DNA of 44,081 nucleotides from an uncultured Novosphingobium sp. (GTDB lineage: Bacteria; Acidobacteriota; Terriglobia; Terriglobales; Acidobacteriaceae), in assembly GCA_964658845.1 (NCBI GenBank), contig CBAAAE010000002.1, forward strand, positions 1 through 44,081, written 5' to 3'. Shown here piece after piece: positions 8,993 to 17,806 of the stretch. The notes beneath the pieces were generated by a model. That model was not told the origin of the DNA and did no database searches. It saw only the letters and a program-made list of their open reading frames with translations. Within the stretch, counting starts at the first letter, position 1; each line of letters opens with the position of its first letter. The translations under genes and the position numbers were made by a program.

Positions 8993-10003
8993 ATGGCTAC
9001 GGAAGCACTGATCACCCTTGACGACATACACGCCGCGCAGAAGCGTATCTCCGGCACCGCGGTTCGCACGGGCCTGTACCGGTTGGATCCTCGGCGGATG
9101 CGTGCGGCGGGATTCACCATTACCGCTGGCTCGCCCGAAATCTGGCTCAAGGCCGAGAACGAGCAGCCGATCGGCAGCTTCAAACTGCGCGGCGCGTACA
9201 ACAAGGTGGCATCGCTTTCGCCTGAAGATCTGGGGCGCGGAGTCATCACCTATTCGAGCGGCAACCATGCGCAGGGAGTGGCCTACGCGGCCCGTGCGCT
9301 CGGTACCAAAGCTGTCATCGTGATGCCGGAGAACGCACCGCGCATCAAGCGAGAGGCCACGGTGGCATTGGGTGCGGAAGTCGTTCTGGTAGGCCCCGCC
9401 AGCACCGAACGCAAGCTTCGCGCGGAGGAACTGGTCGCACAGCACGGCTACGTCATGGTGCCGCCCTACGACGACGAACTGATCATTGCAGGGCAGGCGA
9501 CCTGCGGGCTCGAGATTGCGGAGCAGGCACCCGACGCCGACGTGGTGCTATCTCCCGTCAGCGGTGGCGGTCTGTTGAGCGGCGTTGCCACGGCCCTGAA
9601 GCTGTCCGGGTCGGCTGCGCAGGTTTGGGGCTGCGAACCTGCGCTTGCCGCCGACGCGACCGAGAGCTTTCGCAAGCGCAAGCTGATCGAGTGGCCGGGC
9701 TCGCTGACCACGCGCACCATCGCGGACGGCCTGCGCACCCAGAGCCTGGGCGAGCGCAACTTCCAGCACATCCTCCAGTTCGTCGACGGCATCCTGACCG
9801 TTACCGAAGAGGAGATTCTCGATGCCACGCGTGTCCTCCTGATGGCCAGCGACATCGTCCCCGAACCGAGCGGCGCGGTCGCGCTGGCTGCTGCGCTGTT
9901 CCATTCGGACGAGCTGCCCTCCGCACAGAAGATCGTGGCGATCGTCAGCGGCGGCAACATCGATCCGGCACTGAGGGAAGAGCTGCTGACCGCCGAGGCG
10001 TAA
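8993..10003 (+). CDS. PLP-dependent serine/threonine dehydratase / serine racemase family enzyme (no ACT domain)
   Basis: GSFKLRGA (PLP Lys), SSGNHAQG, SGGGL, TIADGL, EPSGA, SGGN; start ATG 8993. Confidence 0.93.
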   Translation: MATEALITLDDIHAAQKRISGTAVRTGLYRLDPRRMRAAGFTITAGSPEIWLKAENEQPIGSFKLRGAYNKVASLSPEDLGRGVITYSSGNHAQGVAYAARALGTKAVIVMPENAPRIKREATVALGAEVVLVGPASTERKLRAEELVAQHGYVMVPPYDDELIIAGQATCGLEIAEQAPDADVVLSPVSGGGLLSGVATALKLSGSAAQVWGCEPALAADATESFRKRKLIEWPGSLTTRTIADGLRTQSLGERNFQHILQFVDGILTVTEEEILDATRVLLMASDIVPEPSGAVALAAALFHSDELPSAQKIVAIVSGGNIDPALREELLTAEA

Positions 10004-10013
10004 GCGCCGGACC

Positions 10014-10134
10014 ATCATCCTGAGCGGATCGAAGTGTGTGCAGTGCGGGCGAAGGACCTGCTTTCGTTCAAGCAGCCGAACCACTCTGAAGGAAAGCATA
10101 TCCTTCCACTCCGCTTCGCTTCGATGAGGATGAC
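10014..10134. repeat. REP-like palindromic element, copy 2 (more degenerate)
   Basis: ATCATCCTGAGC...GAAGGACCTGCTTTC (10051-10065) pairs with GAAAGCATATCCTTC (10092-10106)...AGGATGAC. Confidence 0.8.
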
Positions 10135-10165
10135 GAACCGAATTTTGTCGATACCTGTTCCGAAC

Positions 10166-10194
10166 GTAACGACACCACGTCCCCTGTCGTCTAA
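10166..10194 (+). promoter_or_regulatory. Candidate ECF-sigma promoter GTAAC-N17-CGTCTAA
   Basis: Matches the AAC-N17-CGT ECF pattern and ends just upstream of ATG 10202. Confidence 0.55.
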
Positions 10195-10201
10195 TCGGTC
10201 T

Positions 10202-11188
10202 ATGCGCAAGCTACTTTGGCTTCTATTCCTCGCCCTCCCTCTGGCCGCAACGGCCCAGAAGAACGCGCCGTCTCCGCCGGACGCGATGCGCGCCACAGTG
10301 CTGAAGGTGGCCGACGTTTACGTGGCACCCGATGCGGAGTCGCAGAAGGTTTCCGTCGTGATGCCGGGCCATGAGGTCGTCGTGACCGAGCGGTCAGGAC
10401 CGTGGGTGAAGGTCTTTGCGAACACCGACATTGAAGAGGAGAAAGGCGAGGACGAACCTGAGTTCTCGGTCGACGCCGCTTCTTTTCCGCGCGCTGGATG
10501 GATCCGCAACAAGGGCGTGGTCGGACCCACGACGGCGGACGGCGACAAGCTGATCTACGGTGCCGCTGCCAGCATGGAAGCCGCCGCCAACGAGCCGCAT
10601 GCGCCCAAATCCGCTGCCGGCGCGGCGCACCTGTTGTATCGCCGCGTGGCGGAGTACTTCCCGACCTCTCCGCTCGCCGGTGAAAGCACGTGGCGTTCCG
10701 CCGACATCCGCTGGCAGGAGGAGAAGTTCGACGCCAGCACGCTACCCTCAGCCAAGGACATGGACGCCAACCTGCGGCCCCAGGTCTACGCCAAGGCACT
10801 ACAGAAGATCGTCAAGACGGGCACCGGAAAATATCCGGCACTGGCCGCATATGACCTGCTGGACGCGAAGCTGTGCGGCGATTGGCAGGGATTGCCGAAA
10901 TGCCCGGAGATGGAAAGCGGCCTGTATCAGAAGTACGCCGAGCAGTTCCCGGATGGACCCAAGACCGCCGAGGCGTTATGGAACGCGGCCTATCGGCAGG
11001 GTGTGCTGGTGACGATGTACACGACCGAGGAAAACCGCAAGAAGGCCGACGTCGCGACACAGCGGGTGCATGCTCTCCGCGACGGGATGCTGGCGAAGTT
11101 CCCTGGCAGCGATTACACGGCGCGGGCGGTCAGTCTGGTATACAGGGTGGAGCAGGGGATTGCGATTTACGGTAGTGATCGCGACTGA
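10202..11188 (+). CDS. Secreted protein with SH3-like N-terminal region and TPR-like helical C-terminus
   Basis: Signal peptide MRKLLWLLFLALPLAATA-Q; ADVYVAPD...G.EV.V.ERSGPWVKV...GWIR (SH3b-like); YFPTSPLA, QFPDGPKTAEA and KFPGSDY TPR-type turns. Confidence 0.75.
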   Translation: MRKLLWLLFLALPLAATAQKNAPSPPDAMRATVLKVADVYVAPDAESQKVSVVMPGHEVVVTERSGPWVKVFANTDIEEEKGEDEPEFSVDAASFPRAGWIRNKGVVGPTTADGDKLIYGAAASMEAAANEPHAPKSAAGAAHLLYRRVAEYFPTSPLAGESTWRSADIRWQEEKFDASTLPSAKDMDANLRPQVYAKALQKIVKTGTGKYPALAAYDLLDAKLCGDWQGLPKCPEMESGLYQKYAEQFPDGPKTAEALWNAAYRQGVLVTMYTTEENRKKADVATQRVHALRDGMLAKFPGSDYTARAVSLVYRVEQGIAIYGSDRD

Positions 11189-11227
11189 GCAAGCCTGCGT
11201 TCCCTTTGAAAGACCGGTGAAGCCGCG

Positions 11228-12106
11228 TTGAACGATTACCTGTTATCCGTCGTCCTTGGCATTGTCGAAGGACTGACCGAGTTCCTGCCCGTGAGTTCAA
11301 CCGCGCACCTCCGCCTGGCGGAAGCGGCGCTGCACATCTCACTGACGGACCCATTCTGGAAGATGTATACGATCGTCATCCAACTTGGCGCGATTCTCGC
11401 GTTGCTGCTGTTCTTTTTGCTAAAGATTGTGGGCTATATGCGCACCTTTCCGCAGGGCGAACGCGGCAACAAGACATGGCTGACGCATCCCATCACGCTG
11501 ACACTCGTCGCCTTCGTCTGCACCGCCATCCCCGCGAAGCTGCTGACAAAGAAGATTGGCGAAAACCTGGAGAACCTGACGGTGATTGCGCTTGCCCTGC
11601 TGGTTGGCGGCATCGTGATGTGGGCGATCGACATCTGGGCCAGCCGGCGCGAGCCAACCACGACGCACGTGGAAGAAATGAACCTGCCCCAGGCCGTCTG
11701 GATCGGTCTGTGCCAGGTGATCAGCGCCATCGTTCCAGGCACATCACGATCCATGGCGACCATCGCTGCGGGCCAGGTTGCCGGTATGGATCGGCCGTCG
11801 GCGTTGGAGTTCTCGTTCCTGGTCTCGATCCCGACGATGATCGCGGCCACCGGGTACTCGTTGCTGAAGGCGGTACACCCCAGCGCGAAAGATATCGCCG
11901 CGGGTGGCGGATCGCTGACACCGCTGGTCATGAGCCCGGAACGCTGGCTGGTGCTGATCATCGGCATGGCGGTGTCGTTCGTAGTGGCCTACGTGGTGGT
12001 GGCATGGTTCCTTGGGTACGTGCGCAAGCGTGGCTTCGGCATCTTCGCCGCCTACCGCATCGCGCTCGGCGCGGGCCTGCTGGTGTGGATGCATATGCAC
12101 CCGTAG
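11228..12106 (+). CDS. uppP: Undecaprenyl-diphosphate phosphatase (BacA/UppP)
   Basis: LGIVEGLTEFLPVSSTAHL, IQLGAIL, PGTSRS, EFSFLVSIP. Confidence 0.96.
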   Translation: MNDYLLSVVLGIVEGLTEFLPVSSTAHLRLAEAALHISLTDPFWKMYTIVIQLGAILALLLFFLLKIVGYMRTFPQGERGNKTWLTHPITLTLVAFVCTAIPAKLLTKKIGENLENLTVIALALLVGGIVMWAIDIWASRREPTTTHVEEMNLPQAVWIGLCQVISAIVPGTSRSMATIAAGQVAGMDRPSALEFSFLVSIPTMIAATGYSLLKAVHPSAKDIAAGGGSLTPLVMSPERWLVLIIGMAVSFVVAYVVVAWFLGYVRKRGFGIFAAYRIALGAGLLVWMHMHP

Positions 12107-12109
12107 TCG

Positions 12110-12508
12110 CTAAGAAGACAACGAAGTAGCTGTATCCCGCCTGGCATACCAGCCGGCCCACGCAATCAGCACTAATTGCAGCGGCAAGCGGGCGTATAGA
12201 ATCCACGCCGGAATCGGCGCAAACCGTTCGGCATGCGTAGCCATGTAGATGTGCACGTCGTAGTAGACGATCAGCATCGCGATGAGGCCCCAGGCTGAAA
12301 ACCGTCTGGTACCCGGCACCAGCAGACCGATGCCGCCCAGGATCTCGGCGGCGCCGCTGATCTGGACGAGTCCCAGCGGGTGATCGTAGTGCGGCGGCAT
12401 GATAGTTGTGTAGGTTCGGCTGTGCCAGAAATGGTTGGCGCCAGCCGCAACGTACAGCAGCGACTGTGCGACAAGCCCCACGGTGCTGAAAACGCTGCGT
12501 CTGGCCAT
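12110..12508 (-). CDS. DoxX-like membrane protein
   Basis: AGANHF, MPP, SGAAEILGGIGLL, ARLPLQ; four hydrophobic segments. Confidence 0.8.
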   Translation of the reverse strand: MARRSVFSTVGLVAQSLLYVAAGANHFWHSRTYTTIMPPHYDHPLGLVQISGAAEILGGIGLLVPGTRRFSAWGLIAMLIVYYDVHIYMATHAERFAPIPAWILYARLPLQLVLIAWAGWYARRDTATSLSS

Positions 12509-12543
12509 GAAGGTGCGGTCCGGTCCGGTGCTTTGCAGAGATG

Positions 12544-12569
12544 AAAAGGCCTCGCCGAAGCGAGGCCTT
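12544..12569 (-). terminator. Rho-independent terminator of the PA2169-family gene
   Basis: AAGGCCTCGC-cgaa-GCGAGGCCTT 10-bp stem, with a short U-run on the minus strand. Confidence 0.75.
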
Positions 12570-12586
12570 CCCTGGGGGAGGATCCT

Positions 12587-13039
12587 TTATTTGCGGCTGT
12601 CGCGCGCAGCCTTCACATAATCGTGAGAGGTCTGAATGTGTGCAGCCTGCGTGCTCAACAACTGATGAATCGGCAAAGGCAGTTCATGCTTTAGCGCGTC
12701 TGCGTAGGCTTTCTTGGCAACATCTTCGCCCTGTTCAGCGGTCTCGAGCAACGTATGATCGGTGCCGCCCAGCTTCGCCTTCAGATCGCCCCAGGTGCGG
12801 TGCAGGGTCGCCGATACAGTTCCAGTCTCCTTGTACGCGTCGGACACGCCTTCCTTGATCAACACGTCTTCCAGATCGCCCTTGAACTGTGCGCGCTTCA
12901 GGCTCTCGGCCAGGAAGTAGCGTTTCAGGGTCTCGTCCTGCAGCTTCTCGCCGATATCGCGAAAACCCTCCTGCCCATCGATCAGCGACTTGATGACGTC
13001 GCGCACTACGCTCTCTGTTTCCTTCAACGCTTCTGACAT
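12587..13039 (-). CDS. PA2169-family four-helix-bundle ferritin-like stress protein (DUF2383)
   Basis: DGQEGF, GTVSATLHRTW.DLK, EQGED.AKKAY..AL. Confidence 0.88.
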   Translation of the reverse strand: MSEALKETESVVRDVIKSLIDGQEGFRDIGEKLQDETLKRYFLAESLKRAQFKGDLEDVLIKEGVSDAYKETGTVSATLHRTWGDLKAKLGGTDHTLLETAEQGEDVAKKAYADALKHELPLPIHQLLSTQAAHIQTSHDYVKAARDSRK

Positions 13040-13457
13040 GTCTCTGTTCTTTCCGGCGCGGTGCGCCTGTGCTGCCGAAATCTATCGTACGGGGTGCATC
13101 GGGTGAAGTCTGCCGGTTGCAGTGCGATTCTCCTTCACCGGCAGCAAGGGGAGGAAATCGCGAAAACCCCCTCCTCCACCCTCTGCGCTTCCAGAAGCCC
13201 ACCGGCGCTGGTCCGGATGAGCTATCACCTGCAATCGCCCCAGGTAAACTGGCCGCTACTGCAGGCGTCTTACTGAGGCATTGGAGAGCAAGGTCTTCGG
13301 ACGGGTTGCCCACGCGGGTTCCTCCTGAAGATTGCAGCGCTGGCAGAGCGCGGCAGGATAGAGAATCGGCATGATCCCCTCTGTGTCGCAGCGTGGCGCG
13401 GCTCACGCGGTGTGTCTGCAGATTGTGCGGATTCTAGGGTCAGGGAGAGCAACACGC

Positions 13458-16145
13458 ATGAAGCCGCTTCGCCTGGAGATAACGCCAACCCACAGCCGGC
13501 GCTTGAACGAGGTGCTGGGCCTCGGCCTGCTGGCTGCCGCCGTGCTTCTGCTGCTGTCACTGGTCAGCTACACCCCGACTGATCCCTCGTGGAACACCGT
13601 GGGCGGCTTCTCGGGCACCGGCCTGCTGCGGCCCGTGCATAACTGGGCAGGGCGCGCCGGGGCGACGACGAGCGATCTGCTGCTGCAGGCACTCGGCATC
13701 GCGGTTTTCGTGTTCCCCCTGATGATCGGCCGGCTCGGTATCTGCTGGATGCGGTCGCGGCCGCAGGGTTCGGCTGCCGCAAAGACAGTCGGACTGGTGC
13801 TCTGGGTGTTGGCTGCTCCGGCGGCGCTGGCGTTGTTCCCGATCCATTTGCGCTGGCGCAGTGCACTGCCGATCGAAGGCGTCTCAGGCCGCCTGCTTGC
13901 TGACGCATCCATTGCGCTGCTGAATTTTCCTGGTGCCTGCGTTGTCATCTTCCTGGCGCTGCTACTGAGCGTTTACCTCAGCACCACGTTCACCTTCAAC
14001 ACCGCGCAGGACTGGGCGGGGCAGCGGCTCGGCATCGTGTACCGCACCCGCGAGCGCTACATCCACTGGCGCAGCGGACGTGCCGACCTTCGTGCCGCAC
14101 GCATCGCGAACAAGCTGGAAACACGCCGCGAGCGAGCCGTCGCCAAGCAGCAGGCGGAGCATGCGAAGGCCGCCGCTGCAGCCGAGCGTGCAGCCGGCGG
14201 AACGCTGCTGGGCAGCCTGTTTGCCAAGTGGGGCTTCTGGCGCAAAGGCATCCGGGCAGACAGCACCCTCGGCCTGGACGCGGAACCGCGATCGCGGACC
14301 GTCTGGTCGCAGATGCCGCGCACCGATGTGGACGCCGGACCTGCGCCCGAGTTTGCGCCCCTGCCCACACATCTGCAGGCCGCGGCAGATGCGCAGCTGG
14401 AAGCCCATGATCTGCTGAACGAAGACCGTCCTGCGCAGGAAAACTTTGCCGACTGGACCGAACCCGCGGCTCCCATCGCATCGCAGGACCGGCCGTTCGA
14501 CTGGACCGCTGCGTCCTCGACCACCGCACCACGTCCTGCGCAGCGCATGGCGGAGATCGTTCCCTTCCCTGTTTCGGCGACCCGCCCGGAAGCCGCCGTG
14601 CCCGCCGCCGCCGAGCACAGCATTTCCTTCGGCAAACGCGCCGACGAGAGCATCAAGCCCGTCACCCTGACCGCGAAAAGCGTCCACGGCTACAAGCTGC
14701 CACCCTCATCCCTGCTGTACCGCAGTGACGAGCACGCTGCGGTGCGCGAGGAGGCCCTGCGCGAAGAGGCGCGTGTACTGGTGGAAAAGTGTGCCGAATT
14801 TGGCGTGGACGGACAGGTCACGCAGATCAACCCCGGACCGGTCGTCACCACCTTCGAGTTCCGTCCGGATGCGGGCATCAAGTACAGCCGCGTCACCAGC
14901 CTGGCCGACGACTTGTGCCTCGCTATGGCAGCTGAATCCATCCTGATCGAACGCATGGCCGGCAAGAGCACGGTCGGCATCCAGGTGCCGAACCACGAGC
15001 GCGAAACCATCTGGCTGCGCGATGTGGTTGAGAGTGAGGGTTTCGCCAACAGCAAGAGCAAGGTCGAGATCGCGATGGGCAAGGACATCAACGGCCGCAT
15101 CGTCACGGCGAACCTCGCCGCCATGCCACACGTGCTGATCGCCGGGTCGACCGGGTCGGGCAAGTCGGTCGCTATCAACGCGATGATCATGTCAGTCCTG
15201 TTCAAGGCCACACCGGAGCAGGTGCGCATGATCCTCGTGGATCCCAAGCGGGTAGAACTAGGCATGTACGAGGGCATCCCGCACCTGTTCACACCCATCA
15301 TCACGGAGCCGAAACTCGCAGCCAACGCGCTGCGCAACGCCGTCCGGGAGATGGAGCGCCGGCTCAAGCTGCTGGCCTCGCGCCACGTGCGCAACCTGGA
15401 CCAGTACAACCGCTTGTTTGAGAGCGGCCAGCTCTTCAACGAAGACGGCGAAGAGCAGCAGCCACTGCCCTACATCATGATCATCATCGACGAACTTGCC
15501 GACCTGATGATGCTGGACAAGGCCAACGTCGAAGAGAGCATTACCCGCCTGGCGCAAATGGCCCGCGCCGTCGGTATCCATCTCGTGCTGGCCACGCAGC
15601 GGCCCAGCGTGGACGTCATTACGGGTTTGATCAAGGCAAACGTGCCCACCCGCATGAGCTTCCGCCTGGCGACCAAGGTCGATTCGCGCACGATCATCGA
15701 TTCGAATGGCGCGGAGAGCCTGCTGGGCCGCGGCGACATGCTGTTTCTGCCGCCGGGCACCAGCCGCCTGCAGCGCGTCCACGCGCCGTTTGTCACGGAA
15801 AAGGAGATCTCCGACGTAGTCGCCTTCTGGAAGAAGCAGGGCGAGGCCGAGTATGTCGAAGGCTTCCTCGAAGGTCCGAAGGACGAAAAGGGCAATGATC
15901 GCGAGCTGGATGACGATGGCCAGGAAGACGACCTGTTCCAGGACGCAGTTCGCCTCGTCTTCGAATTCGGCAAGGCCAGCACATCGCTGCTGCAGCGCCG
16001 CCTGCGCATCGGCTATGGTCGCGCCGCGCACCTGATCGACATGATGGAACGGGACGGCCTGGTAGGGCCCTCCGACGGATCGAAGCCGCGCGAAATCCTC
16101 AAGTCACCGGATTTCTATCGCGAGGTAGACGAGGCGCTGCGCTAA
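13458..16145 (+). CDS. ftsK: DNA translocase FtsK
   Basis: N-terminal 4-TM domain, Ala/Pro-rich linker, Walker A AGSTGSGKS, IIDELADLMM, ATQRPSVDVITG, gamma domain LLQRRLRIGYGRAA; start ATG 13458. Confidence 0.97.
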   Translation: MKPLRLEITPTHSRRLNEVLGLGLLAAAVLLLLSLVSYTPTDPSWNTVGGFSGTGLLRPVHNWAGRAGATTSDLLLQALGIAVFVFPLMIGRLGICWMRSRPQGSAAAKTVGLVLWVLAAPAALALFPIHLRWRSALPIEGVSGRLLADASIALLNFPGACVVIFLALLLSVYLSTTFTFNTAQDWAGQRLGIVYRTRERYIHWRSGRADLRAARIANKLETRRERAVAKQQAEHAKAAAAAERAAGGTLLGSLFAKWGFWRKGIRADSTLGLDAEPRSRTVWSQMPRTDVDAGPAPEFAPLPTHLQAAADAQLEAHDLLNEDRPAQENFADWTEPAAPIASQDRPFDWTAASSTTAPRPAQRMAEIVPFPVSATRPEAAVPAAAEHSISFGKRADESIKPVTLTAKSVHGYKLPPSSLLYRSDEHAAVREEALREEARVLVEKCAEFGVDGQVTQINPGPVVTTFEFRPDAGIKYSRVTSLADDLCLAMAAESILIERMAGKSTVGIQVPNHERETIWLRDVVESEGFANSKSKVEIAMGKDINGRIVTANLAAMPHVLIAGSTGSGKSVAINAMIMSVLFKATPEQVRMILVDPKRVELGMYEGIPHLFTPIITEPKLAANALRNAVREMERRLKLLASRHVRNLDQYNRLFESGQLFNEDGEEQQPLPYIMIIIDELADLMMLDKANVEESITRLAQMARAVGIHLVLATQRPSVDVITGLIKANVPTRMSFRLATKVDSRTIIDSNGAESLLGRGDMLFLPPGTSRLQRVHAPFVTEKEISDVVAFWKKQGEAEYVEGFLEGPKDEKGNDRELDDDGQEDDLFQDAVRLVFEFGKASTSLLQRRLRIGYGRAAHLIDMMERDGLVGPSDGSKPREILKSPDFYREVDEALR

Positions 16146-16268
16146 GGAGGACCAGCGAGGGTGTGGAAGCACAGTTCCTGCATTCGCGTGAGTGGGATCA
16201 ATATCCGGCTGCCGCTTTCCTCTTTCAGGCTTTCGCATGCAGGCGCCTCCCTGCTACGCTTCCGGATT

Positions 16269-16748
16269 ATGAATCGTCTCAGATCCAGTCTGCTGTTTCC
16301 GTTGATCACGCTCCTGGTCCCGTCACTGCACGCGCAGTTTGGCGGCGAGGGCAAGCCCACCAACGACACCGCGACGATCCACAGCACGTGTACGCCGGAC
16401 GGCACGCAGACCATCAAGGACGACTACTCGGGATCAGTCTTCATCGACCACTCCGCAACGAAAAAATACATGCTGCCCATCGACGGAGCACGTGCGCGCG
16501 GCGAGTGGAATGAGGTGCTGCGGCTGTCGAACATGTCCATCAAGAGCGCTCCGAACTGCTACTACGCCTACTTTTCACGGGCGCAATCGCTGACCTACAC
16601 CTGCCAGTTACCGGACGCGAAAGACGCCATGGCGAAGTTCATCGCGCTCGCCGACGGCAAGGAGCCGTACCAGCCGCTCGTGGTTGTGGCCAAAGACCTT
16701 CTGGATTCGCTGACCACCGGTGACGCGGCCGCACACTGTTCGAACTAG
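16269..16748 (+). CDS. Hypothetical secreted protein with a TPR-like motif and four Cys
   Basis: Signal peptide ending LHA-Q; GEWNEV...SIKSAPNCYYAYFSRAQ...DAKDAMAKFIAL resembles a TPR; start ATG 16269. Confidence 0.65.
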   Translation: MNRLRSSLLFPLITLLVPSLHAQFGGEGKPTNDTATIHSTCTPDGTQTIKDDYSGSVFIDHSATKKYMLPIDGARARGEWNEVLRLSNMSIKSAPNCYYAYFSRAQSLTYTCQLPDAKDAMAKFIALADGKEPYQPLVVVAKDLLDSLTTGDAAAHCSN

Positions 16749-17680
16749 CGGCGACGGCGCAACACGGGCACGGCCAACACCAGGAACATCACCATCGAAA
16801 GCGTCAGTGCCAATAAGAGGCGCTCCGTCCGCGTGATCTGAAAGCGGTACGGCTCACGGGGACGATAGGCAGGATTCGGCTGCACCGGTCCCATGCGGGC
16901 CAGCAGCGGCGTTCCGGTCGGCTGATAGTGCGCCGCGTAGTCGTAACGCACCGGCCGGGCGTTTTCATTGCCGAAGAAAATCAGCAGCGGCGCTGCCGAC
17001 CGCGGCTGGTAGCACATCTGGCGACGGCGCATCTCCAGCACAAAGGACGTGACCTGCGACGCCTGTCCATGCACACCGACGCGGACATCGGCGTCTTCCT
17101 GCAGGTTCGCGCCGACGGTAAAGGCTGCCGCCGGGTGTTCCGCGGTCAGCGTGGTTTCCAGCACTTCTGCGTTGCGGAGATCATCTTTCGCCGCGGCCCG
17201 CAGGCTCAGGAACTCGGTGCCTGCGGGGGCTGGTTCCAGCCGCACACGCTCCACCGGCACGTGTGCGGGGAGAAGATCCTGACCGTAGAACCAGCCCGGG
17301 GGATGCTCCGGCCGCGAGGAAGCTGCTCCATTACCGGGAGCGCCGGGCCATTCAGACGGCCTTGCCGCGATCTTCAATGACACCTCGTACAGCGCACGGT
17401 CTTCGGTGCCCAGCGCGGCCGGAATACTCGCGCGGTCGTCGAAGGACTCATCAGTGGCGTATGCCAGTTCGCGCCCATCCTGTACCAGCCGCACATCGCG
17501 CAGGCCTGCCGCGGCGCGAGCGTACAGATCGGCATCCAGAACGACACACTGCGCCGCCAGAGGTGCACTCTCGGCAGGCGTGATTACGCGCAGGAAGCGC
17601 CATGCCGACACGGTGCGCGGAGCGGGCAACGGCGGGGAGGCCACTGCCGCGGCAAGCGCCAAGAGGAGCAGATGTCTCAT
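16745..17680 (-). CDS. DUF3999-like exported protein with C-terminal TM anchor
   Basis: Signal peptide; CVVLDADLYARA...LRDVRL; FFGN..ARPVRYDY; NPAY; C-terminal TM followed by RRRR; start ATG 17680. Confidence 0.65.
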   Translation of the reverse strand: MRHLLLLALAAAVASPPLPAPRTVSAWRFLRVITPAESAPLAAQCVVLDADLYARAAAGLRDVRLVQDGRELAYATDESFDDRASIPAALGTEDRALYEVSLKIAARPSEWPGAPGNGAASSRPEHPPGWFYGQDLLPAHVPVERVRLEPAPAGTEFLSLRAAAKDDLRNAEVLETTLTAEHPAAAFTVGANLQEDADVRVGVHGQASQVTSFVLEMRRRQMCYQPRSAAPLLIFFGNENARPVRYDYAAHYQPTGTPLLARMGPVQPNPAYRPREPYRFQITRTERLLLALTLSMVMFLVLAVPVLRRRR

Positions 17681-17806
17681 GCTGTCGTCCGCAACACTCC
17701 CGGTGCGGCTCAGGCGATTGTAGCGACTTCGTACATGGCCTCCATGCTGCACTGCGCCGATGCAGTCCTTGTGTCTACTTTCCCCAGTCCGCATCTTTAC
17801 CGCGCC

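Noticed and set aside
12735-13406. Minus-strand ORF with AGGAGG before GTG 13313
   Set aside because: It would overlap the PA2169-family gene out of frame for about 300 bp, and the composition is not protein-like.
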